This document shows, piece after piece, positions 62,272-64,000 of a stretch of 64,000 bases of DNA. The notes under the pieces are model-generated. The model made no database searches and was not told the DNA's origin. It saw only the letters and a list, made by a program, of their open reading frames with translations. Each line of letters opens with the position of its first letter. Positions within the stretch are counted from its first letter, which is position 1. Both the position numbers and the translations under genes were made by a program. Source of the DNA: Parasitella parasitica NRRL 2501. Taxonomy: Eukaryota; Fungi; Mucoromycota. The stretch spans positions 5,126-69,125 of the forward strand of contig MU619367.1 in NCBI GenBank assembly GCA_025201805.1. Direction: 5' to 3'.

Positions 62272-63830
62272 CTACAAAGAATCCATTGCAGTATTGAAAT
62301 AACGTGCACGGTAATCATCACTGTTGTTAATTGTTAGTTCGATATTGATTTAGAGAAATTATTGACATTTACCTGCAAGTTAAAATTCCATTGTCAATGG
62401 GCGATGCCGCGACACAGCGAACGAGATTATTATGACCTGGGATCCTCTTTAGCAAGGTACCGGTTTGAGTATCATAGCAAATGACATCTGTAGAGGCTTC
62501 GTCACCAATCATGATGAAATCCTCATTGTGCGAAAATGCAGGCTGTAACATTTGTGCTCTTTGTTCATGGCCCTTGTATTCCATCAAAACTTTTCCACTC
62601 GAGATATCCCAAAGACGAATTGTTGAGTCCAAACCTGAGGTCATTATGTATTGCTCATTGCTTGTAATGCGAACACTAGAGACAGCAGTACCGCCATGAG
62701 CATCCAATGTTCGGATGCATTTTGAAGATACGCTGTCCCAAATACGCACAGTTCCATCCAGCGAGGAAGTAGCAAATATTTTACCCGTGTTGGAATAGCG
62801 GATTTGTGTAATGGATCCACGATGCATATCAGCATTACTGGCGTTGGTATAACATTGAAGTGTTTTCACATCGTAAACTCGAACAGCTGCATCCTTGGTT
62901 CCTGCTAATAAAAAGTCGCCTGATGGATGAAAACAAATTGAGTTGACAGGTTGGGCATCCTATATTGAGAGTTTATATACATAAATATATACTTTTTTTT
63001 CCTTTCTCTGACAGATATAAAAAAGTTACCTGCAAGTATCTAAAAGCTCTTTTTACACCAGTTTTCGACAGGTCGAATAATTTAATGCTTTGGTCGTTAG
63101 AACAACTAGCAAGTACGAGGCCATTAGGATGGAAACTAAGGTCATTGACCTGTTCTGTATGATCGTATAAGGTTCTAATCACTGGTTTATCTCCTGCATC
63201 CCCTGTCCTTTTCTTCATTTTATTGACATCGAGCAGCTTTAGCGAAGAATCGTGCGATCCAGTAGCCGCAAAACGCCCATCCGAACTGAAAATAGCTGTG
63301 CGGCAAGGGCCTTTATGTTGTGTGTAATATAACTGATTGTACTCTGGCGCTGTTTTAGGTTCTAACGGTAAAACTCGTTAGTACTTTCAAGTAAACGACT
63401 TGATGGGATACATTACGAGCATTTTTCATTGAATCGACATCAAATCCAGGTGTGCTCATGGTTATATCCACGTTCTCGTTTTTAGGCGACTCACGATCGA
63501 AACTTTTACCAGAATAATCATCGTCTGAATCTTCCTCTTCGTCTAAATGTCCAACATGGTTAATAAACTCGAAATGTTGCAAGCTTACAAGCATCGTATT
63601 ACTCTTTTCTTTGGCTATTTGTATTAATTCTGATAATTTTGCACTTGGCATCATATCAGTAGCAGCACCTGTCGCGTCAGCCACACTTTGCGCAACAGCG
63701 GAATAGCCGTATGCGATGAGTTGACTAAACAAAAAGTTGGTTTCTTGGCTAGATTGATACTCAATCTTTGCAATTATTACCTGATAATCAGAGGCAATAC
63801 CTCCTCTTCTGTCACTTCTCTCGAATTCAT
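62272..63830 (-). CDS. CSTF1: Cleavage stimulation factor 50 kDa subunit (WD40, multi-exon)
   Basis: LIISQLIAYGY dimerisation helix; YYTQHKGPCRTAIFSSDG..ATGSHDSSLKLLD, PVIRTLYDH, SDDYRARYF. Confidence 0.92.
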
Positions 63831-64000
63831 TATTCTATAAGGTATTAAAATATATTAAAAAGCGTCTAAAAAAAAGAAAAAAAAAAAAAGAAAAGAAGAC
63901 AGAGGATCTCCAGATGGCAAGTTTACAAGTGTTGATAGCTGTGACCAGCCTTTTTATCAATGTCTGAGATTTCTATGAAACAACTAATGCAATTTAAAAA

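Noticed and set aside
63361-63416. gtatcc as a U12-type 5' splice site in CSTF1
   Set aside because: Reading frame requires the upstream canonical gtaatg donor

Overview
Eukaryotic fungal genomic DNA, most consistent with an early-diverging Mucorales genome (AT-rich, many ~50-80 bp GT-AG introns, CstF-50 and Siva retained). About 25 mostly housekeeping genes lie close together: PUS3, a SETD6/Rkm4-like methyltransferase, a Pcl-like cyclin, SRP9, RPS21, an AidB-like acyl-CoA dehydrogenase, a PHD-SET protein, ARG7, POL3, a Siva-like Zn protein, two mitoribosomal proteins, LRO1, kinesin-7, thaumatin, a Zn2Cys6 TF, a 4-TM protein, an LRRC58-like protein, a NAT8-like protein, GH16, a MULE-derived poly-Q TF, SNX4, CBP6, NDUFA12 and CSTF1. 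Transposon debris sits between them: three copies of an ~850 bp TG..CA element (two of which carry independent solo-LTR-like insertions at almost the same site), a 5'-truncated LINE with a 14-bp TSD, a Helitron helicase relic, and a decayed element encoding a USP-like protease. The most notable unexplained signals are (1) a 143-nt highly structured minus-strand RNA candidate between CSTF1 and NDUFA12, (2) an apparently domesticated MULE-transposase transcription factor, (3) the USP-like protease cargo, (4) a Siva homolog directly downstream of POL3 and (5) a kinesin-7 with microexons and a putative C-terminal membrane anchor. There is one assembly gap (55477-56042). All family assignments come from motif recognition by eye; no database search was run.
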